A stretch of DNA of 63,997 nt, filler included, from Stramenopiles sp. TOSAG23-3 (GCA_900128585.1; 13 parts of 13 records of this genome joined end to end with filler, not necessarily neighbours in it), one strand, 5' to 3'; shown: positions 23,746 to 35,907, counted from the first letter of the whole stretch. A program made the numbers and translations. Notes: generated by a model from the sequence alone, not told the origin.

Positions 23746-24610
23746 CTATAATTTTTTTGTGGGTTGGTTGAGTCCACCATTGAGTTCTTCCGTGGGTTGG
23801 TTGAGTCCACCATTGAGTTCTCCCGTGGGTTGGTTGAGTCCACCATTGAGTTCTCCCGTGGGTTGGTTGAGTCCACCACTGGATCCTCCCGCGGGGACGT
23901 TACACAGCATATCCGCCGTTGTTGTACAAGGCTGCTGTACCCCATGAGAACAAGTTGACCCATCTGTACATTGCTCNNNNNNNNNNNNNNNNNNNNNNNN
24001 NNCCGTTGCTAAACCCAAAACCAGCATCACACGAAGTTGTATCATCGTTCACACATCGGTTATTTTCAGAATGTTGACCAGCGGTGCATGGTTGACATAC
24101 GCCGTTACTATCGAGTCCGTGCCCCGCTCCACATTTGTCCTCGCACACAGTATTATGAGTAGGGGTACACGCTGAAGTTTCAATTTGGCCACTCCCGCAT
24201 ACTTCACAGTTTTTACATTCCATGTCGGAATTGGCAGATTGTTGGAATGTTTTTCCTGATTCGCACGCCGTGCACGAACCGTCTGCGGTAGGACCGCCAT
24301 TGCTAAACCCATACCCAGCCTGACAACTTCCGCACGGAGTTGTTGTGCCGACGAGACAATTTGTTGTAGAGTCGCTTTCACATTTATTTGATATTGAATG
24401 CTCAGTATTATCGCATGCTTCACAAGTATTTTCGCCGGGCTTCAACCCGTAGCCCGGGGTACACACGCAATTGCCATTATTATTATCGCAATCCCCGCCG
24501 GAACCACACACCACACCATTGCATGGGTCACCGTTACACAGCATATCCGCCGTTGTTGTACAAGGCTGCTGTACCCCATGAGAACAAGTTGACCCATCTG
24601 TACATTGCTC
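23746..24610 (-). CDS. 3' fragment of a cysteine-rich repeat protein (EGF-like and TNFR-like modules), interrupted by a scaffold gap
   Basis: CNGVVCGSGGDCDNNNGNCVCTPGYG (EGF-like), CKNCEVCGSGQIETSACTPTHNTVC (TNFR-like), repeated AGYGFSN/AGFGFSN. Ends in GGLNQPTGELN repeats. Confidence 0.7.
23759..23878. repeat. 33-bp tandem repeat, about 3.6 units
   Basis: GTGGGTTGGTTGAGTCCACCATTGAGTTCTYCC at 23759, 23792, 23825 and 23858, with no spacers. Encodes GGLNQPTGELN on the minus strand. Confidence 0.95.
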
Positions 24611-24710
24611 NNNNNNNNNNNNNNNNNNNNNNNNNNNNNNNNNNNNNNNNNNNNTTAATTAATTAANNNNNNNNNNNNNNNNNNNNNNNNNNNNNNNNNN
24701 NNNNNNNNNN

Positions 24711-24878
24711 TTGGACATAACTCGAGTGTGCAAACGTATGCAGGACGGCACCGTTGTTCTGGAGATCGTAGACGGTCACTTTCTTGTCATCTCCGCCCGC
24801 GGCGAGTGTCTTGCCATCGGGGGCGTACGCAATGATATTGACATCAGCCGAGTGTTCAAATACCCTGGCCCTGGCCAT
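24711..24878 (-). CDS. 5' fragment of a WD40-repeat protein
   Basis: FEHSADVNIIAYAPDGKTLAAGGDDKKVTVYDL; runs into the linker. Confidence 0.8.
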
Positions 24879-26814
24879 TAGCAGTGCAAAGACTCGTCTT
24901 TCCTTGCACCGACGTCTCAACACACACTCGCAACCCCACTATCCACGACAGACAAACCAACCAAACAAACACAATGATTATTGGTCGTCTACTCAACCCT
25001 AAACGACCAAAAATAGCAGAAAGAGCCAAAGATACGAATTAAACCTGCACCATCACACTTGAAAAGAAATTCAATGCGCGCATAAGATCATTCCTTGTTC
25101 CATCATATGGTTCTGTTTTCTTTCTCAATCTACCAACGACGACGATCTTCTTTCTTTATAATAATAAAATTAAAAAAAATATTATCTATCAAATCGATGC
25201 GACGACTCTGCTGTTCTTATTCTGCTTCTTTTCTTCCTTCCTTCCCCGCGCTGCCCCCCCATCCCCCTTCTCCTCTTCTTCTCAATGTGGTTTTTATAAT
25301 AAATAGATTTTATTATCTAATCTAATGCTATATCTATATATAATGTATATATTAACAAAAAGAAACAGACATACCGCATCACCTCCTTCAATCATCAATC
25401 TATAGACGACTGACGCTTAATAATATTAATATAGGACTAATANNNNNNNNNNNNNNNNNNNNNNNNNNNNNNNNNNNNNNNNNNNNNNNNNNNNNNNNNN
25501 NNNNNNNNNNNNNNNNNNNNNNNNNNNNNNNNNNNNNNNNNNNNNNNNNNNNNNNNNNNNNNNNNNNNNNNNNNNNNNNNNNNNNNNNNNNNNNNNNNNN
25601 NNNNNNNNNNACGTCCCCACGCCGTGTTTGCTGTTCTTGCATCCCATGATGATGTTTGCGGCTATTAGGTAACGATTAGTGCATCTGAACGCTTGTGTAG
25701 TATTACATGGAGTGGGTTTGCTGGGGGAGGACGATAGTGCAGTTCAAATATACAGGAGCAAATTATACTGTTAAGAAACGGAATTGTCTTCCTCTTTCTT
25801 CGTTTATGCCTCCCTCAAGAATTAAATCTTCTCGTGCAACTACTATAATAAGAACAAGATTTCAATTACAAATACAATTAATAATAATCATCTTCTTCTC
25901 CTTTTCTTTCTTCTTTCTTTCTTCTCCTCTTTCATTCAGTTGTTGAACATTTTTGATTGATGTGGTATGGTGGTGCCCAAATGCCAAAAGTGTGATTAAT
26001 TCCATAATTTCATTATATACATATTTTATGTATTTTAAGCAATATAAATGAACACAAGGAGTATCCACTGTAGATTTTTAAAAAGAACATTAAATGTAAT
26101 ATACGTTATAGAACACTTGTTCGGATTTAATTATTTTTGCGTTGAAGAATGATGACTAAATGATCAGGTATTTATATAAATATAAATACGGTATATAATA
26201 TTACTATATACTATGTACTTGTTGTAAAACGGATTAATATCCATTCTCGCTTACGTATATTGGGTAATCTAATTTAGTTGTTTTTCTATATAAAATAGTA
26301 CTAAATTTTATATGAGTCGTTACAAAAAAAGAAAGAAGAAATATATAATTATAATAAAATATAAAAATAGAAAATATAATAATATAAATTATATATACAC
26401 AGCATTAGAGAATAAAAATATTATTTTTTATACGAAATATAAATAATAATAAACAAAAAATAGGAGGAAAAGAGAAAAAAAAAACACAAAAAAAAGAAGA
26501 TGATAGAAAGAGAAGAGCAAAAAAGCAATAATGATGAATGAACGCCAACACGACGCGACAAACGAAAAGAAGAAGAAGGAAGGAGAAGGACGGACGAGAA
26601 GAAGAAGAAAAAAGAAACAATTGTTGAAGAAATTAGAGATAAGAGAACTCATGTGTAAGGGGAGGGTTGACGAAGAAGACAAAAAGGCATCGTTTTCGTT
26701 CCAATTGTAGTACTTTGGTTATTCATCATCATCCTTTTTTACTAAATCCTCGTAAGCAAACGCGTTGGGGTAGGTTTACGTAGCTGTCGGTGACGCAAGG
26801 TTTGCGTTATAATT

Positions 26815-28574
26815 ATGGGATGCGGATCTTCCTCTTCTAACATGGTCGCAGCGGATGATTCCTTCCAAGCCACTACTTCGTACGACGAGAACAACGCTGG
26901 TAATCATTTTAAATCAAACAGTGGTGGGCATTTTTCCTCTGGTCAAACGCAAAAGTCTGAATCAGCATCCTCCTCTAAGAAAAGTAAGAAAGGCAAAGGC
27001 CGGCGCCACAGCAATTGGACCCGTGGCGTCCCGGAAGAAGCGTTTGCCTTGCACACAATATTTACAAAGTACGACCATTCTCGGCGGGGTTTTTTAGATA
27101 TTCGCGGTTTGTCGAGCATGTTGATCGAAACGATGTGGGACAGCACGCAGGTGCCAGGCAGCTTGGGGGCGCAAGAGCTGCCGAGTCAGGAAGACATAGA
27201 GGGAATGATGCGATTTTTGGACTCCGACGGCAACATGATGTTAGAGAGGCAAGAGTTTGTTGTTTGGATATGTGGTGGTCTGAGAAAGTCCGAAGAGTCA
27301 CTCGCAAAGTTCGCGAGAAAAGGGAACGTCCAAACGCTCTTGGTAAAGTTTCTGCAGGCAATTCGCGTACAGAGAGACTTGTATTTGACCGCCTTCAGTA
27401 GTGTGTTTGGGGAAGATAGCGTGATCGAGGTAAACTCGTTTTGGGACATGTTGGAGCAAGCGCGCACGGGGACCAACTTTGCCCAATTCGATTCCACCAA
27501 ACTGCCACCACTCGGTAAAATACTACATACGAAATCTACCGGCAACAACCTCACGGTTCCCCGGCAAGCGATGATCGATTTTATGGTCCACGGGTACGTT
27601 GCCAAAAGGTCCATGCACCAGGTACAAAAGACCTTGCATGCGCGGATCGGCTCTATCATGAACGACAAAGTCCTTGCTACCAAGGCTTCGTTGACGTATG
27701 CCACCGGCAACCCATTTTTGGTTTTAGCAACGGCCGTGGTGTTTCACTCGCAGGACGTAAATGGGGACAATGTGGTAGACGCTAAAGAATTTCGGAGATT
27801 GTTGATCGGACCTGAGCTGGGCGATGAGTCAGGGTCGAAAAAGAAGAAGAAGAAGAAGAAAGGAAAGTTAAAGTTGAACCCAGCGGAAATACAACGGACG
27901 TAGAAGAATTTTTGTCTTTCGCCGTCCCCGTGTTGTCCAAAAAAGAGAACGCAAACACCCCGGAACAGGTGCTGCTATCGAAAGCGCTGCTACCTAGGGT
28001 AGAGGAAGCTATGGCAACACTGCAAAAATCGCACGCCACCCTGATTAGAATATTTCGCAGGAGTGCAAATTCAAGGGAAGAGTGCAGCATCAAAGAACTC
28101 ACAAATATGTTAAAAATTTGCCATCGTCGAGCACCGCGGCCAGCGCCAGAAGTCAATGAGAACTCCGTCAACGCGATGATGAAGGTTTTAATTGGGGAAA
28201 CGGGCGCTGCTGCGCTGGACGAGAATACGTTTGTCGGTCAGAGTCTGTTGCTGATTAACATGCCTCCTGGGATGGTGGAAGAAAGAGAGAATTCTGGAAA
28301 GCTTGGCTTGATGTCAATGCAAATGGTGGGTCTTCTCAAGTCAGAGTGTGGCTACTTGTTGTCCATGGGCGGGGGTGGAGGAGCGCCTTTGAAACGCAAC
28401 CAAAGCCAGAGTTACCAAAATGCAAATTCAATTTTTGAGTCTGATTCCGATGAAGACTCCGAAGAAGATGGCAGTTTTAGCGATGATAGTGATTTCAGTG
28501 ACGTGTCCGATCCGAGTGAAGACTCCGGGAATGATACCCGGGATGCAGTAAACGTACAGCGATTCGATTGGTAG
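26815..28574 (+). CDS. N-acylated multi-EF-hand protein with an apparent frameshift near 27840-27900
   Basis: MGCGSS start; EF loops DHSRRGFLDIRG, DSDGNMMLERQE, DVNGDNVVDAKE. The first frame stops at 27903, while a second frame open from 27828 continues with ...GNTTDVEEFLSF to 28574. Confidence 0.7.
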
Positions 28575-28678
28575 GTTGTGCGACCTCAGTCAGGAGTTTA
28601 AGACTTACAACATGAGTAACTCAACCTAGAAAAATAAAAACTAATTCAGTTTATCTGAATTAATTACAAAAAGTATAT

Positions 28679-28938
28679 GCTAATCCATCTATCCATTCAG
28701 ATTATGCATGGAGTACACCTTAGAATAATAGTCAACAATAAGTGACAAGGGTATATCGATTAGTAAAACCAAAAGAGAACAGATAAGTTTAATTTTAATT
28801 ACTATAAAAAATAACAGCCAATTTTTCTTGTTTTAAGTTCGCAGTACATGAAGGAATGTAAACCTTGAATGTCTAAATCTAGAGTTCAGTTCGCAGTACA
28901 TTAGTTTTAATTACTTCTTAAATAACAGCCAATTTTCT
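28679..28938 (+). mobile_element. Family A element, longest copy, with a short copy nested inside
   Basis: GCTAATCCATCTA...TGACAAGGGTATATCGATTAGTAAAACC...GATAAGTT[insert 28790-28833]TAAGTTCGCAGTACATGAAGGAATG...AATAACAGCCAATTTTCT. TAAGTT is duplicated at 28784-28789 and 28834-28839. Confidence 0.8.
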
Positions 28939-29299
28939 AGATATAATATAAGGATTTTAAAAAATTCTTATATCATATTATTCAACCCCAAAACAATGCT
29001 GTATCATAGTAATTCTTATTCGCAAATGTGAAATATTGATAAAACGTATTAATGTAATAACTAAGTTGAGCATATATTTACCAATAATGCTGTTCAATGT
29101 ACTTGGAAAAAAAAACCGGTAAAAAATAAAATAACCGCCTCGTGGTGCCGCAACCGGAGGTACCGCAGGCAACCGCAGCCGCCTCGAGGCAATAATCCAG
29201 AGTGTTATAATAACTTTGAAAGAATAACGGCTGTACGATAAAATGTGAAGGTAATGCAAATTACGCAGGATAAAGTGTTTGTTCGAGAATACAAGAAGG

Positions 29300-29545
29300 A
29301 TGAATAAAGTATCCCCTTCCGTTGATACTGTGCGGCCGGTCGAGGCGGTTACGGCAGTTACGGCGGCGAAGCCTCTGAAACAAAAAACCGTGTTCGAGCA
29401 CGAAGATATGGTCCTTACCTGCTGCTTTTCTCCGGAGAGTTTATTGGCCGTGGGTGATAAAGCTAAGAAAATGACCGTCTACAATCTAAAGACTGGTACG
29501 AAAGAACATGTGTTCGAGCACGAAGATATAGTCATGACCTGCAGC
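29300..29545 (+). CDS. 5' fragment of a WD40-repeat protein
   Basis: VFEHEDMVLTCCFSPESLLAVGDKAKKMTVYNL, followed 40 residues later by VFEHEDIVMTCS; runs into the linker. Confidence 0.8.
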
Positions 29546-30340
29546 NNNNNNNNNNNNNNNNNNNNNNNNNNNNNNNNNNNNNNNNNNNNTTAATTAATTA
29601 ANNNNNNNNNNNNNNNNNNNNNNNNNNNNNNNNNNNNNNNNNNNNTCTATCCTCAACCAATGAAGAGTACCAAGTACGAATATCATAGACTAATTATTAT
29701 TAAATTTTATAATACGACGACAGGATTTTAAAGAGGTAATTGCCCTGAGGATACACAGCGTTAGGAATAGGGCACGATAAGTTAACATTACGATACTTAA
29801 AGAGGTAAAGTTATAATTAGGGTAATATTAATATTGAAATAGCAAGGGGTGGTGATTGGATGGTGTGGAGGATATCGAAGGACGATAAACAATTGACAGG
29901 AACAGAAGAAGAACAGAACAGGAAAAACAGAAAATGTGCGAATTGACCAGAAATACATTTTTTCATCTTGTGTTGTTGTTGTTGTTGTTGTTGTTTGAAG
30001 AAGAGAGAAGAGAGGAGAGGATGGAGAAGAAAGAAGGAAGGAAGAAAGAAAGAAGTTTTTCATCATCTCATTTCTCATTTCTTCTTCCTCCCTCCGTCCT
30101 CCGTCGTCCATCATCAAGCTTCATATCGTTTATTAAAATGTTTTTGATAAAAAATGCTTTAACCATTCCTATTGAAATGTATACACGAATGAAACGAAAG
30201 AAAGACTGAAGTAATAGCCGGAGGTTTCTTTTCTCTCTTAACGTTCCGTTGCGTACAACTAAGAGAAAGGTTATAATAGTGGCAGTGCATTGACTAGTAT
30301 TTTGACTCAGCGCATTCTAACACGCAACGTGGTTCTAAAA

Positions 30341-30898
30341 ATGCGACCTTTAACAGAGGATGAGATGAGAAAGTTTTTTGAGAAGCTTAAGACGTACATT
30401 GGGAACAACGTCCGGCAATTAATAGATAGAAAGGACCAACCTCACTGTTTCCGGCTCCATAAGGATAAGGTTTACTATGTTAGTGAGAGCATTATGCGAC
30501 AGGCTACGAACGTAGGATCAGAACAACTACTTTTGCTGGGTACGTGCTTCGGCAAGTTTACCAAGTCAAGAAACGTCAAACTGCACATCACTTGCCTCGA
30601 CTACTTGTCCCAGTACGCCAAATACAAGGTATGGTGCAAACCGAGCGCAGAGATGGCATTTTTGTATGGAAACCATGTGCCAAAAGCGGGTTTGGGAAGA
30701 ATGACAGAGAATGTCCCCCAATACGGGGGTGTCATCGTGTACAACATGGCAAATGTCCCTTTAGGTTTCGGTGTGGCATCCCACCCAACCGACGTCTGCC
30801 GAAACTTGGCTCCGACGTCCCACGTGGTATTGCATCAAGCTGATGTAGGGGAGTACTTGCGCCAAGAAGATACGTTGAACGACAATACTGATATTTAA
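30341..30898 (+). CDS. NIP7: 60S ribosome subunit biogenesis protein NIP7
   Basis: [63 protein letters not shown]. Confidence 0.96.
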   Translation: MRPLTEDEMRKFFEKLKTYIGNNVRQLIDRKDQPHCFRLHKDKVYYVSESIMRQATNVGSEQLLLLGTCFGKFTKSRNVKLHITCLDYLSQYAKYKVWCKPSAEMAFLYGNHVPKAGLGRMTENVPQYGGVIVYNMANVPLGFGVASHPTDVCRNLAPTSHVVLHQADVGEYLRQEDTLNDNTDI

Positions 30899-31205
30899 AA
30901 ACAACAATTGCTAATAATGTAATATTTTTAAGCTTTGTGCTCAAACAGAAAATAAATTACCCCGCAAGGAACGAAACTAAATAATTGCTTTTCGCATAAT
31001 ATAGAAAAAATCGAAGAAAAACAAATGTGACGACATCGCTTTTCAGGTTTTCAACGAAAAGTAATCCACACACATATCTCAACAATTTAATATATTTTTT
31101 TCTCATGTTCAGTGTTAAACCACCATAATCTTGTAAAAATCACACTCGCTCCACCATTCAATTTTACCAGAAAAAGTATTATTAATTCTTAGGGAAACTT
31201 TTCAC

Positions 31206-33260
31206 TCACGCCTCTCTACCCCCCCCAGTCTTCTTGTCTGTTTGTTCAGCATGCCTCTTCCGCAAAGAGGCCTCCAGTCGTTCTTTAGCTTTGTTTTGTG
31301 GAGCTTTCTTGGGCAAATCGAACATGCTAAGAGTAGTCATTGGGATCAAATCGATGGGGTCTATTCTTCTTTTCTCTATCCTTTTGTGCGCAGGACTTAC
31401 GAATTTAATCGCGTCAACTTCTGGCGATCGAACTTTTCTTTTCTTGCGACGGGAGTGGCACGCATTCCCCGTGCTGGTCATACGATCCAACTTCTCTTTG
31501 GTTCGCTTCATCTTCATGAACAAGCGGAATCGACGTTGGATCAAGTACGCTGCTTCTCGTATTTTCCGCTCTTCCGTAATTTCTGGGGCTTCGAAGGCGC
31601 TCCATTCCTGCAGAAACTCTCTCACCTTGAGCCATTTATCTGCACCGTTCACAATGACATTGAATTTAGCAATGTCCAGGGGAGTTTGACGGTTTTCGCT
31701 AGTTTGGTGCAAGTCTGCGCCGCATTTAGACAACTGTTCTAGTGCTTCAAGGTTGCAATGTTCGACGGCGATATGTGCAGGGCTTTGCCCCTCGTCGTCG
31801 GGTTTATTCAAATCGTGCCCTTTAGCGGCCAACTTTTGAATCAGTTTTATTGCATTGTCTTCCGCTGCAATATGTACTTTTGTCCAGCCGTTTGCCCCGG
31901 AACTTTTTAACATTCTCACTATTTCCGTAAAACCTTGTTGGGTAGCAATTGCCAGTGGCGTATCCCCGTACATGCTTACCGCGTTTGCATTTGCTCCATT
32001 TTCGAGCAGAGTTTTGACTATAATAGTGTGGCCTTGGTGCGAGGCTATCCAAATTGGGGTAACCCCATCATCCCTTGACATATTCACATCAGCTTCATTG
32101 TGGCGAATCAGTTCAATAACGTGATCGTTGTCACCACTGAAACATGCATCACGAAACGCTTTATACACAGGAATGGAGAGCGCACCGAAAGACCTCAATA
32201 TATTAACCGCAGCACTGTGCTGTTTGGAAGTTATCCTTTCCGCAATGGATAAAGGAGTCCGGTGACCCCTTGTCGATAGGTTTACTAAACCACCATGTTC
32301 GTGAAGTTTTACAACCGTCAAACCATGCCCTCCTCGTGCGGCGGCGTGCATTGGGGACCATCCATCATGCCTCCGGTGGTTTGGATTTGCCCCACTTTCC
32401 AATAGCTCTTGCACCATTGGTGTGTGTCCAGCCATGGCAGCCTGGAACAGCGGGGTTTCTCCCTCGTTGGTTTCACAATCAATATCCGCTCCCCCGAAAT
32501 GTATGAGTACATGAACAATATGGTCTTGTCCAGCATCTGCCGCGGCGTGCAGCGGAGTCCGACCTTCATGATCGGGCAAGTCAACGATTGCACCATACTT
32601 CAGTAGTAGACGTACGGCATGCATCATCCCCTTTTCCGCAGCGCTATACAGCGGCGACTTTCCGTGATCCCAAGAGTAGTACCCCTGGACCCTTTGGTTT
32701 ACGTCTGCCCCGAATTTGTACAACAGTTTAATTTCGTCCACGTCGCCTCTCATCGCCGCCAAGAACAATGGCGTGCGCCCATCTTCTTTCCTCGGCTTAT
32801 TTACATCATGAAACAATTTATGTTCCATGCTATCGGCTCTTAAAACTATATGCCGTTTTCGTGGAGTGTGTTTGATTGGTTTAACTTTAAAAATAACTGT
32901 GCCAAGCTTTTCACGATAGTCATTTGAGGGTGGAACGTGAGCGCGGTGAGAAACTGCTACAACGTCTATCGGGGGATTTTTTTCCATCAGCTGTTTCACT
33001 ATTGAGCCATTGCCAGGAGCCCCCCCCTTATCATTCGAACCCCCTTTGTATTCTAGCCTTGTCAACACTTTCGGGGATTCAAAAATTTGCTTTGCTGTTA
33101 ACGAAAATTTCTTACGCCGCCGTTTCGTCGGCGACGGGGACCGAAAAGCTTCCAAAATGCCACCGGGGGGTGGGGAAGGTTGCCGCGGGAGTGTTGCACC
33201 TGGCGATTCCTGCAACATTCTGGATGCTGTGACTACAAATTTAATCTCAAATTTCCCCAT
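31206..33260 (-). CDS. Ankyrin-repeat protein with C-terminal IQ-like motif
   Basis: About ten ankyrin repeats (GRTPLFLAA, GRTPLHAAA, GETPLFQAA, GVTPIWIAS, GDTPLAIA and others) and AAYLIQRRFRLF. Confidence 0.92.
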   Translation of the reverse strand: MGKFEIKFVVTASRMLQESPGATLPRQPSPPPGGILEAFRSPSPTKRRRKKFSLTAKQIFESPKVLTRLEYKGGSNDKGGAPGNGSIVKQLMEKNPPIDVVAVSHRAHVPPSNDYREKLGTVIFKVKPIKHTPRKRHIVLRADSMEHKLFHDVNKPRKEDGRTPLFLAAMRGDVDEIKLLYKFGADVNQRVQGYYSWDHGKSPLYSAAEKGMMHAVRLLLKYGAIVDLPDHEGRTPLHAAADAGQDHIVHVLIHFGGADIDCETNEGETPLFQAAMAGHTPMVQELLESGANPNHRRHDGWSPMHAAARGGHGLTVVKLHEHGGLVNLSTRGHRTPLSIAERITSKQHSAAVNILRSFGALSIPVYKAFRDACFSGDNDHVIELIRHNEADVNMSRDDGVTPIWIASHQGHTIIVKTLLENGANANAVSMYGDTPLAIATQQGFTEIVRMLKSSGANGWTKVHIAAEDNAIKLIQKLAAKGHDLNKPDDEGQSPAHIAVEHCNLEALEQLSKCGADLHQTSENRQTPLDIAKFNVIVNGADKWLKVREFLQEWSAFEAPEITEERKIREAAYLIQRRFRLFMKMKRTKEKLDRMTSTGNACHSRRKKRKVRSPEVDAIKFVSPAHKRIEKRRIDPIDLIPMTTLSMFDLPKKAPQNKAKERLEASLRKRHAEQTDKKTGGGREA

Positions 33261-33894
33261 GTAACTTCGAATTGTTGCACAATTGCCAACAATAATTAGT
33301 CTTTTCCCGAATAAAATACTCAGGAGCTGAGTTTATTAGTTCTACCAGCCAAGGTCAGGGGCAAGGAAAAGGAAGTACTTGGTAAACGACTATAGCAGCA
33401 GCAATGATGATGTAACGACTATTTTTGTTGCTCCTGTGTTTTATTTTTATTTTTCTTGGTACTACAACAGGTACCAGGTATAAAACACTATTATTAGCTA
33501 CGTATTGAATACAACCCCGTAGTTAGGCACCTGGGTACGGTCGGTACGGGCACGGTTTTATACCGGTACCGGTAGCCGGTAGACCATCTATTAGACTTGA
33601 GTTCTGTAGTATTGTTGCGGTCTGTGACATTGTTTGTTACAGCCAACTATCGGTGCAGGTACGGAACGAACTTCCCGTACCTGGTATTTAATTATTCCAG
33701 TTCCCCGTACTGTAGCAGTGTACGGAACGGCTCCAAAAACTTGCATGTAATAAGTATTTTCTGACATTTAAATTTATTGGACACATTGTTCCCAGAGTTT
33801 TACAAAACACCTAAACTCCTCACAATGTAAAAAAAAATAAATTATATAGTATGTTTTAAGTCAAAAAAGTGTTGAGGTGTATATATAATAAAAA

Positions 33895-34041
33895 GAAAAA
33901 TTTGGCTGTTATAATAAAAAAAAACAAGAAAATTGGCCCCTGTTATTTAAGTAATTAAAATTAATGTACTGCGAACTGAACTCTAAATTTAGACATTCAA
34001 GTTTAGATTCCTTCATGACCTGAATCGGTAGATGGATTAGC
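33895..34041 (-). mobile_element. Family A element: a 15-bp mini-copy plus a longer copy
   Basis: GAAAAATTTGGCTGT lies between duplicated TATAATAAAAA (33884-33894 and 33910-33920), followed by AAAACAAGAAAATTGG...ATGTACTGCGAACTGAA...TTCCTTCATGA...GATGGATTAGC. Confidence 0.78.
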
Positions 34042-35907
34042 AATGCTTCCAGATGACCCATAATCAACTTCCTCGTCCAGTGTCTCATTCATAGGTGACT
34101 CATTCCTGGTGTGATTTTCAAAGCAGCGGCGAAATTGTTTTAGAGGTGCTATTAATAACAACACATTAAAAAATCGGAACTAATACTCATCGATGCGACT
34201 CCTGCAACACGTTTCTTTTCATCCCAGCGTGCCGATAGGATAGGGGTTTGGTGAACCATAGCCAGCGAGAACACCCTGGCGATACTTGCTTCCTCGTTCA
34301 CGGCCCTCCGACAAAGCCTGCAAGATTGCTGGTGCTCCCATAATATGGGGAATAACCTCGATTACAGAATTTTTCTGCCCCAGCACGGTTTTGGGAATTG
34401 CGCGAAATTGAAGACCCCCCGTTTCTGCGCTGATGTACTCAAGCGCTAAGGGGTAAGCAGACGACCCCGATGCCACANNNNNNNNNNNNNNNNNNNNNNN
34501 NNNNNNNNNNNNNNNNNNNNNTTAATTAATTAANNNNNNNNNNNNNNNNNNNNNNNNNNNNNNNNNNNNNNNNNNNNAGAAAAAGAAATAAGAAGAATAT
34601 AAGGAGGAGGGTGAATATAATATAATTAAGGTTTATCATATATTAAATATTAAAATTATATATGATTATAATATAAATAAATTATACTTTAAATATTAAA
34701 ATAATACTTAATTTATAAAACACCAGAAGCGATATATAGAATTGAGGTGAAAGAAAGAGAACACAAGCACAGAAGAGAAAGACTCGACATTTTATTTAAT
34801 TTTTAATACCGTACGCGCGTGCGTATAAGAAGAGTATTAAAACTGTGTAATAAAAATTGTTATAGAAGAGTCCAGTGGAATAGGCTTAAAACCTTGAATA
34901 ATAAGAGGGGAGAGAGAGAGGGGTTACGTAGGTATGAACGAATAAATGACGAAAATATATATAAATATGATTAGGATTAGGGTTATGAACAGACTATTGT
35001 ATTCCTATATACGAGTCCATTCCAATAACAATAACATAATAAAAATGGACAATCCACTGTTCACTGTTTTGGCACTTCCTCGTACTGTGTATAATATAAC
35101 ATTGATTTGTGGCTAGTTTTGGCGCAAAATTATTTATATATCTATAGCGAGAGAAGGTTTCCTCTGTTTCCTGTGCTTTATTTTTAATCATATTGTCTTG
35201 TATTTTATATTTAGTACTGGCATATCGTATGGCAACAGAATGTGGTTCTAGTCGATTGTTGTACTATTTATATATTCTATTACATACATTACCTATATAG
35301 ATATATTTTAGCCTTTCTTCTGGAATGCGAGATGAGGTGAGGAGAAGATGACAACATTCACATTACATATTACTACGGTATTATAATAATACCTGTACCT
35401 GGTATTAATATAATACAGGGACGACCCAGGTATAAATACCAATACCGTCTCTCTCCTCCTCCTCCTCCTCATGTATGTATTATTATTTATTTATTTTTTT
35501 TTACTGTATTATTTATTATTTTTTTTTCGCGAAGAAAGAAGAAGCAAGAAAAAAAAAAAAAAAAAAGAAGAAGAAGAAGAAGAAGAAGGAGAAAAGAAGA
35601 AAAAAGAAGAAGAAGAGAAGAAGAAGAAGAAGAAGAAAAAAAAAAAAGAACGAAAAGATATTATAGAAGAAGAACGAAAGAAGAATTTATATTATTATTT
35701 TATATTAAATATATATATATTATTTGCCTTACTCATAATAAAAATAATATATAATACATAATAAAAAGTTTAAATGGTCATCACGTACAAAAATATTACC
35801 CAACCTAAGATCAATCCGGTGTATTGAATCCGAGCACATCATCCTCTTTTTAGTTTTATTGGAGGTAGTATTTTATAGTTGGGATACACACTACACACTG
35901 CACTGCA

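Noticed and set aside
23759-23878. 33-bp repeats as a CRISPR array
   Set aside because: Units are directly adjacent with no unique spacers, are in frame with a protein, there are no cas genes, and the context is eukaryotic.
27867-27883. 17-nt GT...AG micro-intron that would repair the EF-hand frameshift
   Set aside because: It restores the frame arithmetically, but the only clear intron here is 73 nt with a canonical donor and branch site, and GTTAAA is a poor donor.
34219-34477. Minus-strand ORF fragment at a contig end
   Set aside because: It may be a real 3' gene fragment, but no motif was recognised and it is too short to support a call.
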